From positions 26,784,001 to 26,848,000 of the forward strand of contig NC_043005.1 in the NCBI RefSeq assembly GCF_006345805.1: DNA of 64,000 nucleotides, read 5' to 3'. Position 1 is the first letter of the stretch. Each line of letters opens with the position of its first letter. Position numbers and translations under genes: made by a program. The notes beneath the pieces are model-generated. The model made no database searches and was not told the origin of the DNA. It worked only from the letters and a program-made list of their open reading frames with translations. Positions 13,205 to 26,399 of the stretch are shown here, in pieces. This DNA comes from Octopus sinensis (lineage: Eukaryota).

Positions 13205-14535
13205 CATATGTATATACATACATACATACATACATACATACATACATACATACATGCATGCATACATACATACATACATACGTACATACATGCATACCTA
13301 CATACATACATACATACATACATACATACATACATACATACATGCATACATACATACATACATACATACATACATACATACATGCATACATACATACATG
13401 CATACATACATACATACATACATACATACATACATGCATACCTACATACATACATACATACATACATACATACATACATACACATACATACATACATACA
13501 TACATACATACATACATACATACATACATACATGCATACATACTACATACATACATACATACATACATACTACATGCATACATACATACATACATACATA
13601 CATACATACATACATACATACATGCATACCTACATACATATACATACATACATACATACATACATACATACATACATACATACATGCATACATACATACA
13701 TACATACATACATGCATACCTACATACATACATACAAACATACATACATACATGCATACCTACATACATACATACATACATACATACATACATGCATACC
13801 TACATACATACATACATACATACATACATGCATACCTACATACATACATACATACATACATACATACATGCATACCTACATACATACATACATACATACA
13901 TACACACATGCATACCTACATACATACATACATACATACATACATACATACATACATACATGCATACCTACATACATACATACATACATACATACATGCA
14001 TACATACATACATACATGCATACCTACATACATACATACATACATACATACATACATACATACATGCATACCTACATACATACATACATACATACATGCA
14101 TACATACATACATACATACATGCATACCTACATACATACATACATACATACATACATACATACATACATACATACATGCATACATACATACATACATACA
14201 TGCATACCTACATACATGCATACCTACATACATACATACATACATATATACATACATACATGCATACATACATACATACATACATACATACATACATACA
14301 TACATACATACATACATACATACATACATGCATACCTACATACATACATACATACATACATTCATACATACATACATACATTCATACATACATACATACA
14401 TACATACATGCATACATACATACATACATACATACATACATACATACATACATACATACATACATACATGCATACCTACATACATACATACATACATACA
14501 TACATACATACATACATACATACATACATACATGC
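13205..14535. repeat. 1.3-kb (CATA)n array with recurrent CATG and CCTA variants
   Basis: Direct reading. It produces the spurious HTYI and MYVC ORFs. Confidence 0.97.
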
Positions 14536-14984
14536 ATCCACACATATTTACATACGTCACTACAGCTATAGATTTATATCAAAGTTCTTTTGAGCACTTG
14601 TGTACATGACTCAATACCACTCTTGGAAAGGCTGGAATCACAAAAGTAGAAAAAACCCTCCTAATAAGAAGACTGCCGCCTACAAGCTGTCAGACATAAT
14701 GTCAAAATAGTTGAAACGTTCAGGAAGTTTAACTTGTAATAAGATCCATAATAAGATCCACTTATGCAACGCTACCTATGTCCATGCCCATGTGCATATG
14801 TGCACATATGTGTATGCACACATATGCAATCATACATGTATATATGAACTCATATACCCATGCATACATATATGTATGTATATATACAAAGCTACTCTAT
14901 TTAAGGTTGTCCAAATTGTAATGAAAAAGCGTTTAGAAATGACTCTTCCACCAAGAACATACATATATGCATATATACATGCTG

Positions 14985-15548
14985 ATTGCCACTTCTTTTC
15001 AAAAGATTACATCTCTTCATTGAACATTGCACAATCATGTGCACGCAGGTCGCTTTTCAGCCCAGCTTTCGTTCTGCAGAAACATTCACAGAAGTGACAG
15101 TTTCTTTTTCAGGACAAATGCACCCACAGTACGCATGGCGATGGAACTATCTCACAATCAGCTCGATTTCTCCCTGGCTTATGTGGCCTTAAGACGGCTT
15201 AGGAACCCACCTCTTGGGAGAAGAAATCGTCAACATACATTGCACTTCAGTTCCTTCTGGGTTCCTGCAGGGTTTCTGCAGGTATTACACTTGGGCCCCG
15301 CTTTCGGGGAGAGCACTTTAGAGAGACATCGAAACGAAGACTTGAAGTTTCTTACACGTGGGTGTTGAGTGACACTCGACTCTACAGTATTCCATCCGTC
15401 GTTTGACAGGTTTTGTTTTTCACTCGGCTGGATGTCCAACGAAAGTTACCCTCCTTACCAAGAAAGCTTGGTGACGTGGCCACTGATGGCCCGACTATGC
15501 GACAAGTTGTACTGGGTTACATGTTACCAATAGCACTAAGAGCGACCT
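14985..15548 (-). mobile_element. Short RTE-like non-autonomous derivative (5' end plus zinc-finger 3' end)
   Basis: The 5' end matches 12310-12375 and it encodes CHFCECFCRTKAGLKSDLRAH near its 3' end. Confidence 0.5.
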
Positions 15549-15549
15549 G

Positions 15550-16046
15550 ACATACACACATACATACATACACACATACTTACACGCACACACACACACA
15601 CACATACACACGCACCATATATACATACATATACACACACCCACATAGACACACACATATATTCATACATAAATACATGCATACTTACAAACATATATAG
15701 AAACATACATACATACAGCCACACACAAATACATACATCCACACACATACACGCACATGCCACAAACATATATACATACATAAATACATACATACACGCA
15801 CATACACACACTTATATGCATACATAAATACATACATACAAACATACACACATACACACACATACATACAAACATACATACACACACATACACACATGCA
15901 TACATACATACATAAATACATACACACATACATACACGCACATACACACACACACACCACACACATATATATATATGTATACATAAATACATACACGCAC
16001 GTACACGCACACATATATACATACGTACACACATACATACATACAT
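15550..16046. repeat. Degenerate (CA)/(CATA) microsatellite
   Basis: Direct reading. Confidence 0.9.
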
Positions 16047-16546
16047 GAAATCCAAAAGAAGTATTGTCCGTCGGAGGAACTTGTTCACAGTCTGATTAGA
16101 TTAAATTACACGGAAACGTTTGATCTTGTACCCTGCATGAGGATGGTGAAGAGGCCAAAGCTCTGAATATTGTGAAAAGCAGTCCTTGTTATGGCATTCT
16201 CAAAGGAAACTGCGATGGAATTTGTCCAAAATAAATATTTTTATATGATGTCTAGCAACAGCTTTATCAATGACCCATCCATTTCTCTGGTATCTGATAA
16301 GGAATGTTATTATATTTACCTCGGAAAGGAGGAAGGTATATGTTATGTAAGAAGGAGCGCGTATCCGATGAATATAACACCCGGCGAAAAACAACTCAAC
16401 AACAATTATACAAATAAGTCTAAATGCCCTGTGGCATGCATTTGAACAACACAGACAAATACAGCTTTATCAAAATGCCATACAACATGCTGTAGTGTAC
16501 ATGAACATTGTCTGCAACAATTTCATCATTGTTATTCAAGTCAGTG

Positions 16547-16677
16547 CCTGGAATCGAACTCGGAATCTTGGAGTTAGTAGGCCGCGCTCTTAACCACTAC
16601 GCCATATGCCCGTGGTCTATGGCGTAGTGGTTAAGTGTGCGGGCTACTAACTCCAAGACTCCGAGTTCGATTCCAGG
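16547..16677. mobile_element. Head-to-head palindromic pair of tRNA-derived SINE heads
   Basis: 60-bp arms (56/60 identical) with an 11-nt spacer. Each arm has A box TGGCGTAGTGG and B box GAGTTCGATTC and is followed by an AAT-like tail. Confidence 0.85.
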
Positions 16678-16986
16678 TTGTGACTTGTATAATAATAATA
16701 ATAATAATATGTGTGTATGCATGTGTGTATGTGTGTGGATGTATGTATGTATGTATGTATGTATGTGCGTATGTATGTATGTTTGTATGTATTCGAAATT
16801 TCCCCCAGGACACCTGATGACATCATCATCATTGTCATTATCATTTCTCTTTATCACAGGCTTTGTTGGAGCTCCTGGAGTCTTGCATGTGTAGCGGGCT
16901 TGCTACCTGCAGCCTACGTTACCATGCTATCCATTCTTTTCAGTTACCTAATATTATTATTATTATTATTAGTAGTAGTAGTAGTA

Positions 16987-17031
<45 letters not shown>

Positions 17032-17364
17032 CAGCAGCAGCAGCAGCAGGAGCAGCAGCAGTAGTAGTAGTAGTAGTAGTAGTGGTAGTGGTAGTAGTAG
17101 TAGTAGTAGTATACATTCTTAATTTATTGAAATCATCTCTCACCTCTAGAGGATGTGTTGTAGTTACCGAATAGCAATTAAGAACTAGCTCCACCAAGGA
17201 GCAAGTCTTAATTGCCAATTTGTCATTAGGCAATTAAAACTCATCCTCTAGAGGGGCGAGAGGATTTTAATAAATCAATGATTTATACGGTATGGTATTT
17301 GTCTGTTGTTTAAAAATATAGTTTTTCAGAACTCTCTGCATTCTGGAAAATACTGTCCCAAAAT

Positions 17365-18625
17365 GACTCTCTCCCTCTCTCTCTCTCTCTCATTTTCTTT
17401 CTCTCTTTATCTATCTCTCATTCACACTCTCTCTCCTTCTCTATCTCTCACTTTCTCTCTCTCTCTTTATCTATCTCTCATTCACACTCTCTCTCTTTAT
17501 CTAACTCTCATTCTCTCTCTCTCTCTCTCTTTATCTATCTCTCATTCACACTCTCTCTCTTTATCTATCTCTCATTCTCTCTCTCTCTTTATCTATCTCT
17601 CATTCACACTCTCTCTCCTTCTCTATCTCTCACTTTCTCTCTCTCTTTATCTATCTCTCATTCACACTTCACACTCTCTCTCCTTCTCTATCTCTCACTT
17701 TCTCTCTCTCCTTATCTATCTCTCATTCACACTCTCTCTCCTTCTCTATCTCTCACTTTCTCTCTCTCTCTTTATCTATCTCTCATTCTCTCTCTCTCTC
17801 TTTATCTAACTCTCATTCACACTCTCTCTCCTCTCTCTCTCTCATTTTCTTTCTCTCTTTATCTATCTCTCATTCACACTCTCTCTCCTTCTCTATCTCT
17901 CACTTTCTCTCTCTCTCTTTATCTATCTCTCATTCACACTTTCTCTCTTTATCTATCTCTCACTTTCTCTCTCTCTTTATCTATCTCTCATTCACACTCT
18001 CTCTCCTTCTCTATCTCTCACTTTCTCTCTCTCTTTATCTATCTCTCATTCACACTCTCTCTCCTTCTCTATCTCTCACTTTCTCTCTCTCTTTATCTAT
18101 CTCTCATTCACACTCTCTCTCCTTCTCTATCTCTCACTTTCTCTCTCTTTATCTATCTCTCATTCACACTCTCTCTCTATCTATCTCTCATTCTCTCTCT
18201 CTTCTTTATCTATCTTCATTCACACTCTCTCTCCTTTCTATCTCTCACTTTCTCTCTCTCTTTATCTCTCTCTCATTCACACTCTCTCTCCTTCTCTATC
18301 TCTCACTTTCTCTCTCTCTTTATCTATCTCTCATTCACACTCTCTCTCCTTCTCTATCTCTCACTTTCTCTCTCTCTTTATCTATCTCTCATTCACACTC
18401 TCTCTCCTTCTCTATCTCTCACTTTCTCTCTCTCTCTTTATCTATCTCTCATTCACACTCTCTCTCTTTATCTATCTCTCATTCTCTCTCTCTCTCTTTA
18501 TCTAACTCTCATTCTCTCTCTCTCTCTCTTTATCTATCTCTCATTCTCTCTCTCTCATTTTCTCTCTCTCTTTTATCTATCTCTCATTTACTCCCTCTCT
18601 CACTCTCTCTCTCTCTTTCCTATCT

Positions 18626-18665
<40 letters not shown>
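17365..18665. repeat. Pyrimidine-rich higher-order minisatellite (about 55-60 bp unit)
   Basis: Alternating TTATCTATCTCTCATTCACACT and CCTTCTCTATCTCTCACTTTCT modules joined by (CT)n. Confidence 0.9.
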
Positions 18666-18668
<3 letters not shown>

Positions 18669-19040
18669 CTCTATACTCTGTTGTCTTCCGTTCCCAAGCA
18701 TTCAGCTCTCTCTTCATTCCTTACTTCTGCTCCGTCCTATCAGCGTTCTTTGCCACTTCAGCTCTAAGAACAATGAACTAATTTTTGCATCTCACCGTTT
18801 GAACACCAAAATTCACCATCGTTTCTTTTTTTGTTTTTTTTTTCTTTCAGCGTTTCTCTTGTGCAGTAATGTAATCGTGTTCAATAGCTGTTGGGCCTTG
18901 GTATGTCTTTTGACGTCTCCAGAAGTGTAAAGAATTTGGCAGAGCAGAACATAATGAACTGGAAATAATACTGCAAGGCTTTTAGCGCGATGCTCTAACG
19001 ATTCTGCCAAAGTAATATGAGTTTGTGCGTATGTGCGTGC

Positions 19041-19076
<36 letters not shown>

Positions 19077-19234
19077 ACTGGAAAACGTGACCTTCACAGT
19101 AACTAGTGAGGATATCGCATAAGCGGTCATTGTTCACTGGGATTCACTTTTTGACCCTCTTCAACTGGAATTTAGAGAGATAAGTCAGTCAGTCTGTTGG
19201 GCTTATATATATATATACATATATATAATATATA

Positions 19235-19319
<85 letters not shown>

Positions 19320-19337
19320 ATATATAGATATATATAT

Positions 19338-19680
19338 AGGCGCAAGAGTGGCTGTGTGGTAAGTACCTTGCCTACCAACCACATTGTTCCGGGTTCAGTC
19401 CCATTGTGTAGCACCTTGGATAAGTGTTTTCTACTATAGCCTCGGGCCGACCAAAGCCCTGTGAGTGGATTTGGTAGACGGAAACTAAAAGAAGCCCGTC
19501 AATATACAACCGGTTATGGTGTGTTTACGTCCCTGTAACTTAGCGGTTCAGCAAAAGAGACCGATAAGATAAATACTAGGGTTACAAAGAATAAGCCCTG
19601 GGGTCGATTTGTTTGACTAAAGGCAGTGCTCCAGCATGGCCGCAATCAAATGACTGAAACATATAAAAGAATAAAAGAAT
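19338..19680 (+). mobile_element. tRNA-derived SINE, family S2
   Basis: Head AGGCGC...GTGGCTGTGTGGTAAG...GGGTTCAGTCCC, a central CCTTGGGCAAGTG-type motif, and tail CATGGCCGCAGTCAAATGACTGAAAC. Confidence 0.85.
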
Positions 19681-19725
19681 ACTTTCACGCATTTATATAC
19701 AAATATACATATACATAATGCAAAT

Positions 19726-19761
<36 letters not shown>

Positions 19762-20046
19762 TATATATATAATATATATATATATACATATACATATATA
19801 TAATATTATATATATATATTATTATATATATATATACATATAATATATAATCTATATATATATATATACATATATATATATGGTGTATATATATATATTT
19901 ATTTCTTATAAAGAGTGGTGTGAGAGATAGAAGGTAGTGAGAAAGAGAGAGATAGGAAGAGAGAGAGAAGGTGTACTTTTACTTATTTCTAATGTTTGTA
20001 GACGGGAAGCTAATCTAGCTTAACTGCGCCCCGCACAGGCTTCCTC

Positions 20047-20081
<35 letters not shown>

Positions 20082-20778
20082 GGAGGTGGAGGAGGAGGAG
20101 GAGGAAGACGGTGACGACCACGACGACTACAACGTCGGCGACGGCAGCGAGGAAGACGACGGCGGAAGTAGCTCGGGTGGCAGTAATGGTACTGATGATA
20201 GGCGGGATGCTAATGGAGGAATTATGACGATGACGACAACAACAACAGCGATGACAGCAGCAATGACGAGTAAGAAAACTTCATAGAATCATCTGAAAAT
20301 ATCTTGGTTGGTCCCACTGTGCATGTTTTTTTTTTTGTTTTTTTTTTTCCTCATTCTATAACTGTCGAGGGGCTCATTTTATCTATGGCAGACATTTACA
20401 GACATGATTCTCTTTATGTTAACTGTGACTTGCTTCTTCTCCATTACAAAGTTTTCGCACCGAGCGAAGCAACCAGAAAGAAACTCATCTGGTTTACATA
20501 TTTCCATGTCCATCATTATTGTAATAAACAGAGTTGTAAACCTACCTGCAAGCGATTCTAGATGTGTTTTAGGTTTCGTATATGTCTTTTGCTGGGTTGC
20601 CAGATATATTCGTTCGGGTTTTTTTGCTTTTTTTTTTTTTTACCTGCTCCGTCCTACAAAAACCAAAAACAAGTACGATAAAACATTTTTATCGTACTTG
20701 TTTTTATTTTAATCCTTATATTTCATCAACAGTTTTAACAAACCAACAATTTTAACAAATATATCACCCAAATATATC

Positions 20779-20988
20779 TGGTAGACAGAACTGCATGGAA
20801 ACTCGTCACATATGTATGGGGAAGGCGCGAGTTCGACTATGAGTATATGCAAGAGGTCGCGTTTATGAGTAGCTGGAATATATTTAATACATATTGCTAG
20901 GAGACACAGGAGGTATAGAATAAATATAGATGAGAAATATCAAATACATATAACCGCGACATATGAAACACATACACTTGGGTGATAT
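20779..20988 (+). repeat. 210-bp local duplication of 22168-22377
   Basis: Near-identical sequence from TGGTAGACAG to TTGGGTGATAT at both sites. Confidence 0.9.
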
Positions 20989-21099
20989 ACGATAAAACAT
21001 TTTTATCGTACTTGTTTTTTTGGTTTTTGTAACCCTATTCTTCCTCTACAACTTTTGTTAATCATTTCTGAAATTTGAATGAATTTTACCTCTTTTCAG

Positions 21100-21828
21100 A
21101 CATATGATGATGAAGTGCCAAGTGGGAAAAAAAATGAGCCTGTTCGACACCTGCTTCTCTTCGCTTTCAGAAGGTTCCAATGCTGCCAAAGCCGTTCGAA
21201 ACATTTGTGTTGTAAATGGAAAAAGGAGGTAATACTGAAATAACTGCACAGAGATTGCAGCAGGTCTCAAGGAGGGGAAATTCGACCACGCACACTCTCC
21301 GCGTCCCGACCTACTTGCTCAGTTCAATGAGGATCGATTGAACGAGATTATCTAAGAGGATCCGCGCCAGTCCACTAAGGAATAAGCTTAGCAGACGGGG
21401 GTACTTTGTCACCCGTTACTTTCATTCAATTTGCAAAGTCTAAGAAGGACAACGTTCGCTTTCATGTCGCTAATTTGACCAAAAAGTTGCATTATAGGAA
21501 AATTCAATTGGAAAGTTCCACAGCTCTCGCAGAATTCTCTTGATATAATACCTTCGGATTCTTGACTTTTTCGGTCGCTCTCCAGTTTTCTGCGAAGCAT
21601 TTTGTTCAGCAGTACTGTGGGCTGAAAACGTGGCTTGACGAATTATTCGAGTCAAGACCCGCTGATTTCTGCCATCAAAGCATTGACAAGCTTGAGGAAC
21701 TTTAGCAAGAAGTGAACAATGAAGGAGATTATATTTGTTAAAACTGTTGGTTTGTTAAAACTGTTGATGAAATATAAGGATTAAAATAAATAGGAAGAAA
21801 GCGAACGAATTAATCTGACAACCCAATA
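21100..21828 (+). mobile_element. Decayed mariner transposon with internal deletion and 3' TIR
   Basis: Relic translations RHLLLFAF, GSNAAKAVRNIC, FNEDRLNEII*EDPRQSTKE, DNVRFHVA, PSDS*LFRSL and LKTWLDELFES...NEGDYI. Ends in TCTGACAACCCAA-TA. Confidence 0.8.
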
Positions 21829-22612
21829 CAATCCTGATTAATTTCTCCTCTGTTTATGTCCACTTCAACCTTGGTTATTTTTGCTGTTGTCTCATTTTGA
21901 TTTATTCTGTTTTAATTTTGTGTATGTGGAATTTTTTTCTATTGTAATCTTAACATTGTGTAGGATTTTGAGACCTGTTGTCTTCGTCTCATTCATCTTT
22001 TGATTTTATTTCTGTCACAGTGTACGATTTCTTGAAATATCATTACATATCACATATTACGGGAACACAGAAATGTCTGGTTAAGGAACTCGCTTTGCAA
22101 CCACGTCAGCTTAAGCAAGTGTCTTCTACTATAACGTAGGGCCGAGCAATGCCTTGTGAATGAATTTGGTAGACAGAAACCGCATGGAAACTCGTGACAT
22201 ATGTATGGGGAAGGCGCGAGTTCGACTATGAGTATGTGCACGAGGTCGCGTTTGTGAGTAGCTGGAATATATTTAATACATATTGCTAGGAGACACAGGA
22301 GGTATAGAATAAATATAGATGAGAAATATCAAATACATATAACCGCGACATATGAAACACATACACTTGGGTGATATCTAACGCATATACATATATTTTT
22401 ATCCCATAGCAATTTATCTCTTTCAACTCATAGCTTGATGAGCAATACGAAACCTGCCCTTACTTCAATTATGTTGAAAGAACAAAACTTTATTTTGTAC
22501 AAAATTGTATATCTTTATTATCATAGCTCTAAATTACTCTTAAATCCTGTAAAACAAAGTTTCTGTGTTTTTTCATCTTTTCTCTTTGTCTCTTTCTCTC
22601 TCTATATATGTA

Positions 22613-22678
<66 letters not shown>

Positions 22679-22823
22679 TATATGTTATATATTATGTATA
22701 TGTATATATATATATATATGTATATATATTATATATATATATATATATATAGATATATATATTATATATATATATACTTACATACATACATGTGGGTGTG
22801 TGTGCAATATATTTATCACGTAT

Positions 22824-23045
22824 AAGGCGAGCTGGCAGAATCGTTAGCACGCCGGGCGAAATGCTTGGCGGTATTTCGTCTGTCTTTACGCTCTGAGTTC
22901 AACTTCTGCCAAGGTCGACTTTGTCTTTCATTCTTTCGGATTCGGTAAAATAAGTACGAGTTGAGTACTGGGGTCGATGTAATCGACTTAACCAACCACC
23001 CCACCACACACACATGAAATTGCTGGCCTTGTGTCAAAATTTGAA
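22824..23045 (+). mobile_element. S1 SINE
   Basis: Full head and body. Confidence 0.85.
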
Positions 23046-23334
23046 ACCATTATGTTTCACAAACGTGGTGTACGTGGTTGACTTGCTTTTCATAGAATTT
23101 TCGATTAATTAGACTTTGTAAATATATTTATAGAATTTTTGTTCCTTATTTTTGGAGTTGTTTATTTTTATTTTCGGGAAATTCTAACTTAAGAGAGCTT
23201 GACTTCTTTTTGTGAGCTACTTATAAAAAAAATAAGAGAAGAAAATAAACAAATATATTTGTCACTTGTAATTCAGTCTTTCAAAAAATGACATAAAACA
23301 AACAAAAATGCTTCGGAAATAAAATTAGATATTG

Positions 23335-23672
23335 GCGTAGGTGTGACTGTGTGGTAAGAAGCTTGCTTCCTAACCACATGATTCCAGGTTCAGTTCCAGT
23401 GCGTGGCACTTTGGGCAAGTGTCTTCTACAACTGCCTCAGACCAACCAAAGCCATGTGAGTGGATTTGGTAGACAGAAACTGAAAGAAGCTTGTCGTGTG
23501 TGTGTGTGTGTGTGTGTGTTTGCGTCTGTGTTTGTGCCCCACCACCACTTGACAACCGGTGTTGATGTGTTTATGTCCCCGTAACCTAACTCGTTCGACT
23601 AAAAATACTTCAAAGCGGTGCCCCAGCATGGCGACAAGTGTAAAGACTGGAGCGAGTAAAAGATAAAAAGAT
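23335..23672 (+). mobile_element. S2 SINE (diverged, internal (GT)n)
   Basis: Homology to other S2 copies. Confidence 0.75.
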
Positions 23673-23982
23673 ACGTCAATCAGGGAATATTATCTTCTCC
23701 ACACACACACCTCTGGTGTACATTTTCTGTCCAACTCTAAAAGTGTAGGAGTGACACTGTGAATCCTACACACTATCCATGGAACGAAAATCTAGTATAG
23801 AATCGCCTCTGGTTATGTGGAGGACCTCTCATTCTGTAAAGTGTATGCTTCTTGAGTAGCAATAATGCTTGTCTGAGGTCATGCTCTGACATTCCTGGGT
23901 GAATATGACCCTCTTGATATTTGATGCCGTTAAACTTAATGTTACATTAAAGGAATGCAATGATATAATGATGATGATGATG

Positions 23983-24055
<73 letters not shown>

Positions 24056-24212
24056 CGTTGGTCCAAACTGGATGAGATTCCTATGTTTCCGATGCTCTCT
24101 TCAAATGGTAGCTGCTGTCACGTTTGAGCTGTTACGTCAGTGACATCTATTGGCTACAACGGTGTACGTGCGTGTGTGTGTGTGTGAGTATTTATGTATA
24201 TGTATGTACGCA

Positions 24213-24248
<36 letters not shown>

Positions 24249-24275
24249 TGTGTCTGTGTCTGTGTGTGTGTGTGT

Positions 24276-24309
<34 letters not shown>

Positions 24310-24679
24310 GTCAGATCTGCGAGTTTACTCGGGATCCGGTGACGACAATTTAACCTTCATTTAGCTAAGGCTGACCTATTTGTTGTTAATGAACAATTAT
24401 TAACTTCCTAATCTCCACTTTCTTTTCTTATATATATATATATTACCTTTTGTTTTTTACCTATTTCAATCATTGTACACTGGTCATGCTGGAGTACCGT
24501 TCTAAAGAGTTTAGTTGAACACATCAAACCCAGTATTCTTTAAATCTGGTACTTATTCAATCGCTCTCCTTTTGCCAACAAGCGCTTACAAGAAGACGAA
24601 CGCAAACGCAAGGACACAAACATATCGTATATATATATATATAAATGTGTGTGGGGATGGATGGATTTGTGGATGGATG

Positions 24680-24721
<42 letters not shown>

Positions 24722-24741
24722 TATTATATATATATATATAT

Positions 24742-25380
24742 AGCCGCTGGAGTGGCTGTGTGGTAAGTAGCTTGCTTAGCACCACATGGTTCCGGGTTCA
24801 GTCCCACTGCGTGGCACTTTGGGCAAGTGCCTTCTACTATAGCCTCGGGCCGACCAAAGCCTTGTAAATGGATTTGGTAGACGGAAACTGAAAGAAGCTC
24901 GTCGTATGTATATCTGTATATATATATATATATATATATACCTTCGAAACACGCATTGAGTCGAAACAGGGGCAGCTGAAGAAGGGGAATGTTCTTTGTG
25001 TTGTTTGTCTTGTACTCTGTTTTTTCGTTGTTAAAAAAAGTCGTTTCCTTGTTTGTTTTTAGGTTTTCGTTTCTCGTTGTTTTACGTTATTTGTGGTGTC
25101 CTGTACTCATATATGCATGTATATATATACATATAGATGTAGGTATGTACATATATGTATGTATGTATGCATATGTTTTATTTATTAAATTGTTATTATA
25201 TATATATATGTGTGTGTATCTGTTTATGTGCCTGTTTATGTCCCCGTCACTTAGCGGTTCGGCAAAAGGACAATAGAATAAGTACTAGGCTTACAAAGAA
25301 TAAATCCTGTGGTCCATTTGTTCGACTAAAAGCGGTGCTCCAGCATGGCCGCAGTCAAGTTAATGAAGCAAATAAAAGAA
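24742..25380 (+). mobile_element. S2 SINE with expanded or interrupted central microsatellite
   Basis: Head 24742-24905 and tail about 25215-25380. Confidence 0.75.
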
Positions 25381-26399
25381 ATATATATATATATATTTCA
25401 ATCATTTGACTGTGACCATTCTGAAGCACCGCCTTAACGAGTTTCAGTCAAAGAAATCGATCCCAGGACTTATTCTTTGCAAGCTCAGTACTTATTCAGT
25501 ATGCATAGCTTTCGAGCGATTCCTGCTGATGTTTCTTTACTTATACGAAACTGCTGTGATATATTTAACAGCTAATGCATATTAAACTTCAAATGAAAAA
25601 TTTTTATGTGATAAACTTTTGATGTGATATAATTTTAAAATTTTCAGATATTCTTGAGCATTTCAAACGAAACCTTTGCAATCATTTATTATTAATGAAA
25701 AGAACTGAACAAAGGCGATAGAGAGCAACAGACAGAGGGAGGGAGGGAGAGAGAGAAGGGTGAGGAACGGAGGGAGGGACATAGAAAAAAGGGAGAGAGA
25801 GTGAGAGAGAGAGCGCGTGATAAATACTGAATGGATGCAGATCTTGATAGAAAATGTATGATGTTATAACAATGAGTGAGAAAAAGTTGTAAGGATATAG
25901 AAATAATAAAAATAAAATAGGAATAGAGGCCGTAAAAATAGAAGAGACGGATAGAGAGACAAACAGACAGACAGCGTTGCAAGGAAACAGCAGATAAGTA
26001 GAAGAAATGGAACACAAATTGAATCTTAAAAGTGATGCCGAAGTGACATAAAAATTAGTTTGCTGACTAGCGTGTCGTTGAAATCTTAAATAACAAAAAT
26101 TTCTGGAAGGCACATTTTGACACAACTATATATATATATATATGTATATTTATATATATATTATCATATATATATGTATATATATGTATGTTAATATATA
26201 TTGTATATATATATATATTAATATATAATATATATTATATATATATATAGATAATATATATAATATATATATATGTATATATATATATATAATGTATATA
26301 TATATATACTTTGATACTTTGATACTTTGATAGGTTTCGGCCATTATTGGCCCAGGCCATGTCTAACTTAATAGCACCACCTGGTGAAGTCTTTCAAGT

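Noticed and set aside
12938-14609. ORFs of 437-551 aa (HTYI / MYVC repeats)
   Set aside because: They are translations of a (CATA)n microsatellite, open in several frames on both strands.
16050-16450. Unique, moderately complex segment with short ORFs (84 aa +, 64 aa -)
   Set aside because: No motif was recognised and stops occur in all frames over the segment. It may be an old transposon relic but cannot be assigned.
16618-16690. Possible functional tRNA gene
   Set aside because: It has A and B boxes but no convincing acceptor stem and an atypical anticodon loop, so it is treated as a SINE head.
24941-25000. CTGAAGA and CGAAAC motifs suggesting a hammerhead
   Set aside because: The motifs are in the wrong order or lack a stem II partner, so no complete core can be folded.
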